From the NCBI GenBank assembly GCA_038087875.1, contig CM075978.1, forward strand, positions 134,292,001 to 134,356,000: a stretch of DNA of 64,000 bases, written 5' to 3'. Source of the stretch: Malacoraja senta. Its lineage: Eukaryota. Positions 24,899 through 35,940 of this stretch are shown piece after piece. Below the pieces are notes generated by a model that saw only the letters and a program-made list of their open reading frames with translations, made no database searches and was not told the origin of the DNA. Each line of letters begins with the position of its first letter. Position 1 is the first letter of the stretch. Made by a program: the position numbers and the translations under genes.

Positions 24899-26177
24899 AG
24901 GGCAGTCGTATGACAATGCTGCCAACATGGCTGGTAGGTACAAGGTTATGCAGCAAAAAATCATCGAAAAAAACAAATTTGCAAGATTTATTCCACGCGC
25001 TGCTCACTCATTAAATTTGGTGGGCCGTTCGGCTGTTGATTGCTGCCTTGATGCAGTGAAATGTTTTGGAATTATCAATGAAATTTATACCTTCTTTTCA
25101 TCCTCCACAAAGAGATGGGTAGTTCTAAAATCATTTTTGCAACCTCAGTCAAAAGTGCCTAAATATTTGTCAGACACTAGGTGGGAGGCACATGCAAAAA
25201 CCACAGAAGCTATTTTGGAAAGTTACAGCACTATCAGTGATGCCCTCAATCATTTGTACTCTGATGTTAATGTGAAGGGTGATACCAGGCATCAAGCTAA
25301 CAATCTTTTGCAGAAAATTGAAGAACTGGAATTTGTGTTTATTCTGCATTTTTGGACCCGTCTGCTAGGTCATTTTCACAAGGTCAACAAAGCCATTCAG
25401 AAATCCAAACTGTTATTGAGTACTTGTGCGAGTTTGTACAGTTCACTTCAGGATTTTGTAAGCAAAATTTGAGAAGATTTTGATGAGCTTGAGCAACAAG
25501 CAAAGGCCACCTTGCCAGATGTTAGCTACAGAACTGTCACAGGGAGACAAAGAGTAAGGAAATGGCAAGGAAATGATGGAGGTGCACCTGGTCCTGAAGC
25601 TTTAAATAAACTCTCTTCAAGAGATAACTTTAGGATAAAATCCTTTATTCCTATACTACTTGAAACCAATTTAAAAAGAAGAGGTAGTGTGTACAGTGAA
25701 GTTGCACAACAGTTTTCCTTTCTTGCTAATCTGACCGCATCTAAGCAAGAAATTCAGCAAGGTGTTGAACTGTTGATGGAAGTATACCCAGAAGATGTTG
25801 ACCTGAAACTTACTGATGAATTTTTGCACTTTCACTCGTTCGTGAGACAAAGCCATAGGCATACAGAAGAGCACTCTCTGTCTCATACAGGCCGTTATCA
25901 AATAATATACAAGGAAACTATTCAGATGGCCTTCCCTAATGTGGAAGCAATCTTGCGACTGTTTCTTAGCTTAATGGTCACCAACTGCTCGTGAGAGAGG
26001 TCTTTTTCAAGACTCAAAAGAATTAAAAATTAATTAAAGTCCACAATGTCTCAAGGGAGGTTGTCTGCACTGAGCATTCTGTACATTGAGAGTGACAAAC
26101 TTAGACAAACACATCTTGGTCAACTTCTGGATGGTTTTGCTATGAAGAAGGCGAGAAAAAAACATTTTTGCTCTTAG
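24899..26177 (+). pseudogene. hAT transposase (ZMYM1-like) C-terminal part, decayed
   Basis: One frame with GQSYDNAANMAG, AAHSLNL (CxxH-like), SDTRWEAH and hATC dimerisation motif FPNVEAILRLFLSLMVTNCS*ERSFSRLKRIKN*LKSTMSQGRLSALSIL; three in-frame stops. Confidence 0.9.
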
Positions 26178-26707
26178 TGTATTTGTAGTTTCTTTATTTC
26201 TTATTATTCCACATTCAATTCAAGAGACGCTTATTGTCACATGCACCAATTGGCACAATGAAATTTGGGGTCACCATCCGACGTCGGAACGGGAGAACAT
26301 TCTCAGCGGCTTGGACTTCCGAATCGGCCACTTCCTACCGGAGACCGCGGCTCCCAAAGTCCACAGGCTGAGCTGGGCGGAGATTCACGCTGGCGGCCCT
26401 CGGCAAAGGGATACTAGGGCTCCGCGATGTTGAAATCAGCACGGCCCGAGGCTGGGAGCTCCGCAAACCTCAGCTCCATGATGTTGAAGCAGCAGGCCCA
26501 ACACTCCAGAGCTTCAAACGGCGATCCAGGTAAGGCATCGCCCGCTCCGCGGTGAATCCAATATGTATTTTAAAACCAACTGTTTAATGACAACATACAG
26601 TAGGATCTAAAAGTGTCACACTGTCACTGTCGGGTAGTCATGGTCCTCTAGTCGTGGGGGTGGAGGATTGGGAGGGGGGGGCCTCTCTTCATCTAAATCC
26701 GACCTTG

Positions 26708-26810
26708 CCTGTCTGAAGAAGGGTCTCGAGCCGAAACTTCACCCATTCCTCTCCAGAGATGCTACTGCCTATCCGGCTGAGTTACTCCAGCATTTTGTGT
26801 CTATCTTTGG
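26708..26810 (+). mobile_element. Penelope pLTR-derived repeat (3' part; its 5' part lies at ~19570-19605)
   Basis: GTCTGAAGAAGGGTCTCGAGCCGAAAC...GCTGAGTTACTCCAGCATTTTGTGTCTA; split by the hAT element. Confidence 0.75.
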
Positions 26811-26965
26811 TCTATTCATTTGTTGTCAGATGTTAACAGAGGTGGAGAGCCGCATCTTTCAATCTGCCCAGCATTTAAAGCAATTCCTTCGCTCATAGCA
26901 GCCTCACCAGTCTCCCCAGATCCCACAGCACTGGATTAGAAACAAGACATCATACATCTCAAGGG

Positions 26966-27062
26966 TAGACAAAAATGCTGGAGAAACTCAGCGGGTGAGG
27001 CAGCATCTATGGAGCGAAGGAATAGGTGACGTTTCGGGTCGAGACCCTTCCTCAGACTTAAG
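26966..27062 (-). mobile_element. 97-bp Penelope pLTR-derived insert with hammerhead-like core
   Basis: 15-bp TSD CATACATCTCAAGGG at 26951-26965 and 27063-27077; near-identical to 1972-2064. Confidence 0.85.
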
Positions 27063-29467
27063 CATACATCTCAAGGGACTCCCTAAGAGAAGAAAGAGAA
27101 TAGTCTAAATACTGTTGTGTTACTTCTTATGCAGGATATTTTCTGGAGTAAATGGATTAAAAAAAACAAATTCATTGAGAAAAAAACAGTTCAATTATAT
27201 TCCAATTATAACTTTTTTCAATCACTACCAGAAGAGGAAGATTTAGACTCAAAGTTCAAGGTATCAAGCACAAAATCCAAATATTTCACAGAATAGTTTA
27301 TGAACCTGGGCGAATAAAGCAAGTCGTGGTATTAAATTAGGAGTCCAAATTCAAGAAATAACTAACTAATGGTCTAGCAATATGCAACCACGGAGAAAAA
27401 AATGTCTGGCCACTTAAAAACAAATGTATCTATTTCTCCGATTCACACTTTGGCATAAAAAGTGGCCCGGCTTTGGAGCTGCGGAACGTCGGAGTCCAAA
27501 TTGTTTTGATGACTCGCTCCAGCAAAAAGCAGCACGTGTTTTCTAACTCCCTCCGGAGTTTCAAATAAAGTCGCGAAGTCTTTCAGACTGCAGGACGGGG
27601 AAACAACAAACGTAATCTATAACCTCAGAATCTGCTGCCAGTAATCTGGAATCCACATGAGCGAGTGGCACTACACAATATTGTTATAAAAATATGAATT
27701 ATTGTACGAGTGATCCATCTGGTATGTCCTGTGTGCAGTCTGTGATAAGAGGTGTCCAATGTTAATAAACAGGTTTCCTCTACACCTCGTCAGCGCCTTC
27801 CTTTTCTGAGCAATTGTTCCTTTAATGTTTTGGCGTGTTTTTCCATTTATTCAGAATTGCGCCTCTAGGGTAGATGCGAGATTATTCGTCGCGTTTCAAA
27901 AATAAGTGCCAAGAATGGAGACACCTGTTTTTGGAAAGAGGCTGGCGCTAAAAATGATTATAAAATAATACTTATAGGCCGCAGTGACCTCAAAGAGAAT
28001 TGATATTTACTCCCATGTTGGAAACGCCTTCCAATCAACATTGGATTTTCTTTGGCAATTTAATTATACCTCAATAGGAAAATCCAAGTCGAGAGGTTGT
28101 GCACAAAAAAGACACAAAACACAATCCAGTCGGAACAATAAAACACTAAAAATTATACTTTATTCCAAGAAGTGAAGGAGAGTTTGTGGAATGAAAATGG
28201 GGAAGGAACGAAATCAACCTGTTAGAGCAGAAAATGAATAACCTCTTAAATAATTAACGAATTGAAACGTCAATTGTTTTTTGGTTTTTTTTTTGCCTTT
28301 CGCTTACATTTTCTACGAAACGTTTTCTTGTTCAAACCGTCAACACGTTAACTGGATTCCATAATTTAATTTATTTACCCCGTGACACATTTCTTGGGCG
28401 CAAACTGAGATGTGTAATTGAAATCCCCCGAAGTAAAATTTCCTACGATCTATTAACTACTCATGTATCAAATACTTTTGATTTGAAATAAGAGACAAAG
28501 CGATCATTTGTTTTATCATGATCCACTCTCTAATGATGTTCGATAGCCCACCACTCCTATACGTATACTATTTATGATGAGCTCGACCATATTTAAACCA
28601 ACTGGATTTGCACCTTCAGAGCATGGTTGCTTTATAATAGGATACTTTAATAATATTCACAAAGCAGTCTTTGTGGCTATTTCACTAAGTTTCCATTGTG
28701 TTCAAAACATGTCTTGTTTAATTATTTCTTCAAACAGTCAAGTTAACTGCAGTAATTGTTTACTGAAAATACTGTATACGTGTTTTGTATTTTTTTTAGG
28801 AATCTTCCCATTTCAGGACACATTCAATCACTTCATAATTGCATCAATTGAAACTTAGTTTTATTATAATCAACATATATGTTTTATAAACTATAAATGG
28901 GCCAAACAGCCACAAATTATACAGAATCCCATCCAGAGAAAGCACATAGCTTTATTACTTAAAACCAAATCTGTTCAGCTATGAGTAATGCATGCTATGC
29001 AACTGCTTGGCATGTTAAAGAAATACACCCTCAGTGCTTCAACCCTGATCTAGTTGTTTTTTTAAATATAAGATAGGAATATTTAAGTGAGTATTAAAAC
29101 CAAATCATTAAGATGTGATTTTGGGAAGCATTTCTGCAGTAAAAATAGGTCACGGAAATCTGAAACTCATTAACAGAAACAAAATTGTTGAGTCTAGATG
29201 AATTGAGAAATTAGAATTGGTAAACAATAGATTTTGATAAGTGAGAATATAAAGATTATATAAAATAATATGAGTAACTGGAGTTAAAATACAGGTCTGA
29301 AATGTTATAAATAAGTGATGGAAGTAGCTCATCTAGCTACTCCAGATACGTTTTGGAGTTTTTGAGCTTACTGAATTGGGTTTGACCATAAACAGAGACG
29401 CTCTGAGTTTATTTACACTCATTGCTTTAACATAAAGCAGTGCCTTGCAAACTGCCCAGAGGGTTGT

Positions 29468-29592
29468 GGACACAAGGAACTGCAAATGCTGGTTAACCAA
29501 AAAAAGACACAAAGTGCTGGAGTAACTCAGCAGGTCAGACAGCATCTCTGGGGAATACTACCTGACCTGCTGAGTTACTCCAGCACTTTGTG
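29468..29592. mobile_element. Penelope pLTR-derived hairpin repeat
   Basis: Perfect 31-bp inverted arms at 29508-29538 and 29562-29592. Confidence 0.75.
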
Positions 29593-32500
29593 ACTTGTCC
29601 AATGGGTTTACTGGATGTTCTCTAATCATTTAGATCAATTGATCTAATATAAACGATAGAAATTTAAGGATTGCCTGTTATCTTCAAGTATTTATATTTT
29701 GATTGCTGGCTGAAGTCCTAACTATGATTAGAACCTGTGCTGAGTTTCCTGGGCAGCAGAAATGAAAAACACGTAAGACTGTGTTAGAAAAGTATTCCCC
29801 AACTGGAACTTATTGTCAAACACCAGTCCAAGTTTTAGAAACTTCTGCAGTACAAAGGAAATTGACCATGTGATAGAAAATACAATTGAAATGTAGAATA
29901 GTACAAAACAGAAGAGGCCATTCATCCCAGCATGTCTACATCAGCTCTTTCAAAGAGCATCCAGTTGTTTCCAGTTATCTTTTGCCATCAAATATTCCCT
30001 TCTGGTTCGTGTTCATCTAGTTCACTTTTGAAAACTATTATTGAATCTGTTTGAATAGCAATGCATTCTAAACCCTAGCCACTTCTTTTCTAACCCCCCC
30101 CCCCACCCACTGATCCAAAACACGTGGTATATAAACTTACCAAATCTTTCCATTGCCTTCTGTCTCTGAATAAAATGACTAAGTAAGCATCAACCTTATT
30201 TTCAGAATGAATAATAAGAAAATAAAACCAATAGATGATATGGGAACATGGAGAAAATGTGAATTGCATGATTAGACAATGGTTCGTTACCTTTTATTTC
30301 CAGTCTCTTGCTTTTTTTCCAATAGTTCCCGATGCCCCTACTTAAGAAATGTGCAGTCTTGGAAACTGAAATTTTACAGCACAATCAATGATGAGAGGAT
30401 TCCAGACTTCTCCCAGGTTTAATATGAAAAAATATTTTTAATTTCAGGTTTAAATGGTCTGGCAATAATTTTATAGTGCACCCACTGATCAGTAAAACAT
30501 CTATCTCCATATCAACCATTACAGATCATTTCAAATATTATAAACATATTACCTTGTTCCTTTACATTTAAAGGAATTATAAAGAAAGGCTTTCACAACA
30601 TTACGATCCTCAGATCATTTTGTAATCAATGAACGGCCTTCTATCTGAAATATTAATGCTGTTCTCCTTAATCTTGTTTGAAATGGTGAATGTTATGACC
30701 AATAAGGGACCTAAAAGGTTCAGGTCTTATGTGTCAGTGTAAAAACAGCACCTCCAGTTTTACCGTTCTACAGTAGCTGTCGAGCTCAAGCGGATGAAAC
30801 TAACACTAAGCCAAGTCTTGATCTGGCGAATCAGTGCTGCCTCCTCCCCAAAGTCCAATATATCCACCCGAAGCTCCAAACCTGGCACCAATAACACTCG
30901 GAGTGCAAAGTAACAAATAAAATACGCAGAATATTAAAAACAATTGTAAATGGAACATAACTTTGTCACAATTATAAATTTCAAGTTGATGCAGTGAGCA
31001 TAAAACATGGAACTGCTATGTTCAGCACTTCAACACGGACTTGTACATAATCAAACATCGCTAAGATCCAAGTTACAGTGCATTAGTTAGGCAGAAGAAT
31101 CATTCGTGAAACGGTCTATAAAACAAAGCACGACAACTGACGTTGATGAATAAAATGGTGTTGCACAAACATGTGATAAGGACTGCTTGTCTTGATGCCT
31201 CGTCAACTTGGATTCAACTCAACATTTGCAGAACAACCCCTCGCTGCAGTGGATCACGTGACGATGGGAACAGCAAGCCACTGAACCGGATGGGTAGGAG
31301 TCAGTGAGTCAATGATTCCACATCATCCTTGCTGTAGAGATGCTGGTAAGAATCCCTTTGCACGGAATATGTGGGGACCAATAATTTAATCTCATATTAA
31401 TAAAGTAACTGCCGAGAGTCGGTAGAACTGTCCTTTGTTTAAAAAACACTGACCTAATATTGTTGATACACTCAAAAGTGCACCGCCCTTCTACATCGAC
31501 TTAGAAAATGCATTAGAATTTACTTCACCGTCTTTATTAGTTGAAACAAACAAACAAAAACATTAGTTTTACTGACATCGTTAGATACCAGACATACTGA
31601 CATCCCCATTATCCTTTCCATCCATTGCCAAATGGTGATGGTTGAGTGTCGAAGAGGAATTCTGGTTCTCGTTCGTCTTCGGGTGTAATTCTTGCTCAAG
31701 ATCTTCCTTGTAACAAAAGAATAAAGCCATTTCCCAATTTCAGCAAATTCCTCCCTGTTTCACCAACGACACTGCCGCTTGTTTAACCAGCTATGTTAGT
31801 CGCCTTAAGCTGTGAGAAATGCGCCCACTCTTTACAAGAAACCGTGCTAGGTAATAATGATGCACAGAACTATCCGCGAGTGGGATATTTACTGAGAAAC
31901 AGTCAAGTTAGAATATTAATTGAATTGAGTTGGGTATATTTTAATGCAATACGCCATATCCCAAACCCGCATCGATTAAGATTAGAAGCCTTCTTTGAAT
32001 GAGAGCCTGGCAATTAAAATGTATCATTCCGGTTTTACGAAGTTGCTGTACTAATGGAAGAAACACGCGGGAGCACTCGTGTAATTCGGTATGAGTCGGA
32101 TCTGTAATGAAGGGCGAGTTTACTGTTAGTCAGAGGTTACCATCCAACACGAGGCCTGCAAAACAAGACCACGCCAGGCATAATTGTAAAATACCCACAC
32201 CCCCAAGTCCCCTTCGCCCCTTGCAATGTGTGTTTTCTGTCGGGGTGAAACGCGTTGATAATATTCTATGAGGTAACCTTGCGTTTGGCCAGCCCAACTT
32301 GGGGAAATGCACAGCGTGGGGAGTCTGGGGACCGCTGGACATCTCGAACTCAACTCGCCATTCAGAAAATGATGAGGTGAGCTGCATTATGAAACTTCGA
32401 AAATGCAAAGCTGCTTACGTTTAAACCAACTACCGAGAGGAAATACGCTAAAAGCAAGTGTTGCGAAACGCAGGGGGGCGGCTTTTAAATGCCACCCGAG

Positions 32501-32599
32501 GGGTATTAATTAAAATCCCGGGTGGAAATAAAAACGAAGACGATGTTCATTAAAATCATAAAGGAATACAGATGGGATTGCAAAAACACAGTAACTGAG

Positions 32600-32760
32600 A
32601 GTAGGCGACTGTGAAAATGTTTGGACATATACTTTATCGCTGATGGCTAACTGCGAAACTATTTCACCAGTGTGTAACTCTTATCACAGCTAAAGTTTTC
32701 AGTTAACCATCAATGATAGAACATATTCCATATGTCCAAACATTTTGGACTCATTTGTTA
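32600..32760. repeat. Long imperfect palindrome upstream of the PROX1 promoter
   Basis: AAAATGTTTGGACATAT (32614-32630) pairs with 32730-32746; inner arms TATCGCTGATGGCTAACTG / CAGTTAACCATCAATGATA. Confidence 0.8.
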
Positions 32761-34149
32761 AGTATACTTTAACAACGCATCCTTTAAGATGGCCCAAGTT
32801 GACTAAGGAACATTGAGGTTAGTGATCTACTCAAAACGCGCTCGTCTTCGATTTAAATATACGCTTACAAACCCGCTACTGTAAAGATTATTACGATTAG
32901 AGCTGGTCTTATTCAACAAATCCATGGACAAACGATGCCCGCGTTCCTGGTTATTCAGCGTTAGTAAGCAACTGGTGTACCTACTTTACCTTAAAGCCGT
33001 TCCCCTCGAAATCTTCCGCTTGAAATTGAACCACGGAGAGGGTGGAGATTTCAATGCATCATTTGCCATATCATCTCAGTTTATCCCGTCGCTTATCCTG
33101 TATTTTACAGTTAAAAGGTGTAACCGTAACCTAGATTTTAAAACTGCAATTGAAATCAAATCCTGTTCCTTCTTAATTTTGAGTTATACGTGTAATTTTT
33201 TGCCTAGCTAATCCTGAAAGATATTAATCGCTAATATTTTTGCCTGACAAAATTGCAATGGCGTGATCTCTACGGTGACATAACACAGTAAGATAAATAT
33301 CTTTCAATCTAATATGACGAGGCACACCGATATTATTTGTGATGAATGCTCTTTACAAATCAACAACTTAAAGCAATACCAGCTGCCGTAATCTTAACGT
33401 ATAACAAACACCCATCCAGCAAGACGATTATTTTACAGCAAGAAGTTGTTATTTATTTAGATGATCTTTATTTCATGTTTTCTCTCATTGATTATTTCAA
33501 TTGTGAAAATAGTTATTCGATCACATTAGCTGGTGTTTTTGGATGGCATGCCAAAAAAGATGGGACCATCTCGATTTGAAGGAGCATCACTTCTGTGGCA
33601 ACCAAATGTTAGGACGAGATCTACAAATGACACCTGTTTGCTTCTGTTTATTGCACAATAAATTATGAACTTAGGTTTGTCAGGACAACCTAAGAAACAA
33701 GAAATCTACAGTCATCAGATGCGTCTGATAAAATTACTTCCCATCACTTCGTTATGAATTTTTAATTTGCTGGTGTTCAAATAAGGATTCCAAATTTTAG
33801 TAATTCGGAATTCTGGTCATTTTCAGTCGTAATTTTATTGTTCCGAATAGGAGCATTAGGGTGATCGGTGAAAGAATAAAGCTTTCTGTGCTGCTCAGAA
33901 AAGTGAATCATTAGCTATGGACAGATATAGCTGCGTCGTTACAGTTGAACTATGATATGTATTCGCAACACGAGGACAATACGATTGGCGCGCATCGAAA
34001 ACTGTTCGAATGCATAAGCTCCGTTCCTTTTAACAGCGGCTTATGTCAGAAAAGACTAACTATTGTTTGTCCTAAAGTTTGAGATTTGACTAATCCGATT
34101 GAGAAGTGACAGCAGATTTCATCCCACGCGTCTAGGGATTCTGTGATCT

Positions 34150-34322
34150 CTCTCATGAGAGAGTTGGATTTAGCTCTTAGGGCTAAAGGAATTAAGGGAT
34201 ATGGGGGGAAAGCAGGAACGGGGTACTGATTTTAGATGATCAGCCATGATCCTATGGAATGGCGGTGCTGGCTCGAATGGTCGAATGGCCTACTCCTGCA
34301 CCTATTTTTCTATGTTTCTATG
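34150..34322 (+). mobile_element. CR1 3' end
   Basis: Reverse complement of 1337-1492; ends in TTTCTATGTTTCTATG. Confidence 0.85.
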
Positions 34323-35539
34323 TGATTGAATATATTTCTAAGGCGTCAAGAAGTGATGTTGGCTGTTTTCTCAACCTAGAGTGTCATTAAACAAAATAAG
34401 CATGAGGAGCCTCGGCAATTTTAGGACAATATCTTAGTGGCGAAACACATAACCCCGAGTATTTCACTGGAAGTTCAAATAGGGTTATATAGAATTTACC
34501 AGGCTTAACTTCATTAAATATTGAATCATTTTCAATTCCTCTCTCCATCACTGCACTGCCTTGAATTCGTGCGCCGGATGGGTATGGTGCGGTCGAAACT
34601 GTGAAGTAAGTCCCTGATTGTTTTCAGAAGATACATCGCAGTTTACAGTCGCAACGGTTAATGTTATCAAATTACACTTGGAATAACAATCCGTGACTTA
34701 AACACAGCATTAACAAATATATAACAGAGATAAAAAAGTAACATGGATCACTAGGCTTAACTTAACTCAGCATCACAAAAGAATCAAGAATACACGATTA
34801 GGAAATTGCCATGGCGTTTTGATAAATAACATAATAATAACATTTATGTATGCTTAGTGTATTAAAAAACAAATAACATATCAGGACTAACATTGGTTGA
34901 ACTGGGATCTATCACCACAACTATTTGCAAGTACAGATTTCATTAAGTATTCCGTAAAAAAGTTCCTCATTCTGTAATTTCCACTGCATTCCTCCACTTT
35001 CGATGTAACCATCCCACTAAACTCACTAGTAGTTTTAACCACCTAATTTAGATTTCATGGATTGGAAAAAGTGACACATCCTATACATACATCGTTAACC
35101 CCTTGCAGCACTTTGTTTATCTTCACTTTCAGCTTTCCCTACCAGAGATTAGGGTTCCCCCAGAGTCCGGATGCGATCCGAATATTGATTGCGCATCGGG
35201 TTTTTTCCCCCATCGCTACACTGGCTTGTCCGACATCAGTCCTCCCTAATGTCTATTGTCGACAATAACACATGGATTTTTGTTTTGTTATTCGGCTTTA
35301 ATATTAGTGAGCAGATCTTTCTTTCAAAACATTAACTACACATTGTTGGAGGTACAAAACAAAAGAGAAAAACCCCAGCTCCTGTGCTCTTTACTTCTGA
35401 AATCAGATTGCACGAGTCCAATCCCGGAAAAAATAAGAATAGAAATTAAAACAAATATATATATATATAAATAAATCAGTTTATTGCAATGTGCGGCTCG
35501 GCGGCTGCAGCCAAAGTTGCCATTTGCTGGACACAGACA

Positions 35540-35760
35540 GGCATTGGTGCGGGGAGGACCTCAACCCCGGAGCACGTGACGCGCCTGCCTCGCTCCGCCT
35601 TCCCATTGGCTGAAGGCGGCGGTTTGAAGGCGACCGCCAAGCCTTGCCTCATTGGACGGCGGCGATCGCGCTCGCCATTGGCCCGGGGCCTGGGGGGGCG
35701 ACGTCACAAAGACTGTGACGCGCGTTCTTCCTGTTTCCTTCCCCGCGTCTTGAAGTGCAT
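35540..35760 (+). promoter_or_regulatory. CpG-island promoter of PROX1
   Basis: GC/CpG-dense block with four inverted CCAAT boxes (ATTGG at 35543, 35605, 35651, 35677), E-box CACGTG (35573-35578) and CRE-like GACGTCA (35700-35706), 5 kb upstream of the coding exon. Confidence 0.8.
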
Positions 35761-35940
35761 CTTCAGCGGCTCGCGCTGAATTAACAATCAGGGAGAGAGA
35801 GAGAGGAAGGCGGCGCGAAGCCCTGCCTCCTGGAGGTATACAACCCTCACCATCTCTGCCCCCCTCTCTCTGTCTCTCTCTCCCTCCTTCCTGCAAGCAG
35901 CAAGCTCTTCTCCTCGCAGCCCACTCACACTACAAGCACA
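35740..35940 (+). other. PROX1: Putative non-coding exon 1 of PROX1 (start approximate)
   Basis: Lies directly after the promoter and ends at a consensus GTAAGT donor (35941). Vertebrate PROX1 has an untranslated first exon. The TSS cannot be fixed from sequence. Confidence 0.6.

Larger units (their letters stand above)
19606..26707 (+). mobile_element. hAT DNA transposon (7.1 kb) with nested Penelope-like and CR1 insertions
   Basis: TIRs CAGGGCCGGATTTA (19606-19619) and TAAATCCGACCTTG (26694-26707) match at 12/14. Perfect 8-bp TSD CCTGTCTG at 19598-19605 and 26708-26715. Transposase remnant inside. Confidence 0.88.

Noticed and set aside
31000-35500. Divergent lncRNA equivalent to PROX1-AS1
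   Set aside because: Plausible by analogy, but no exon structure can be supported from sequence alone.
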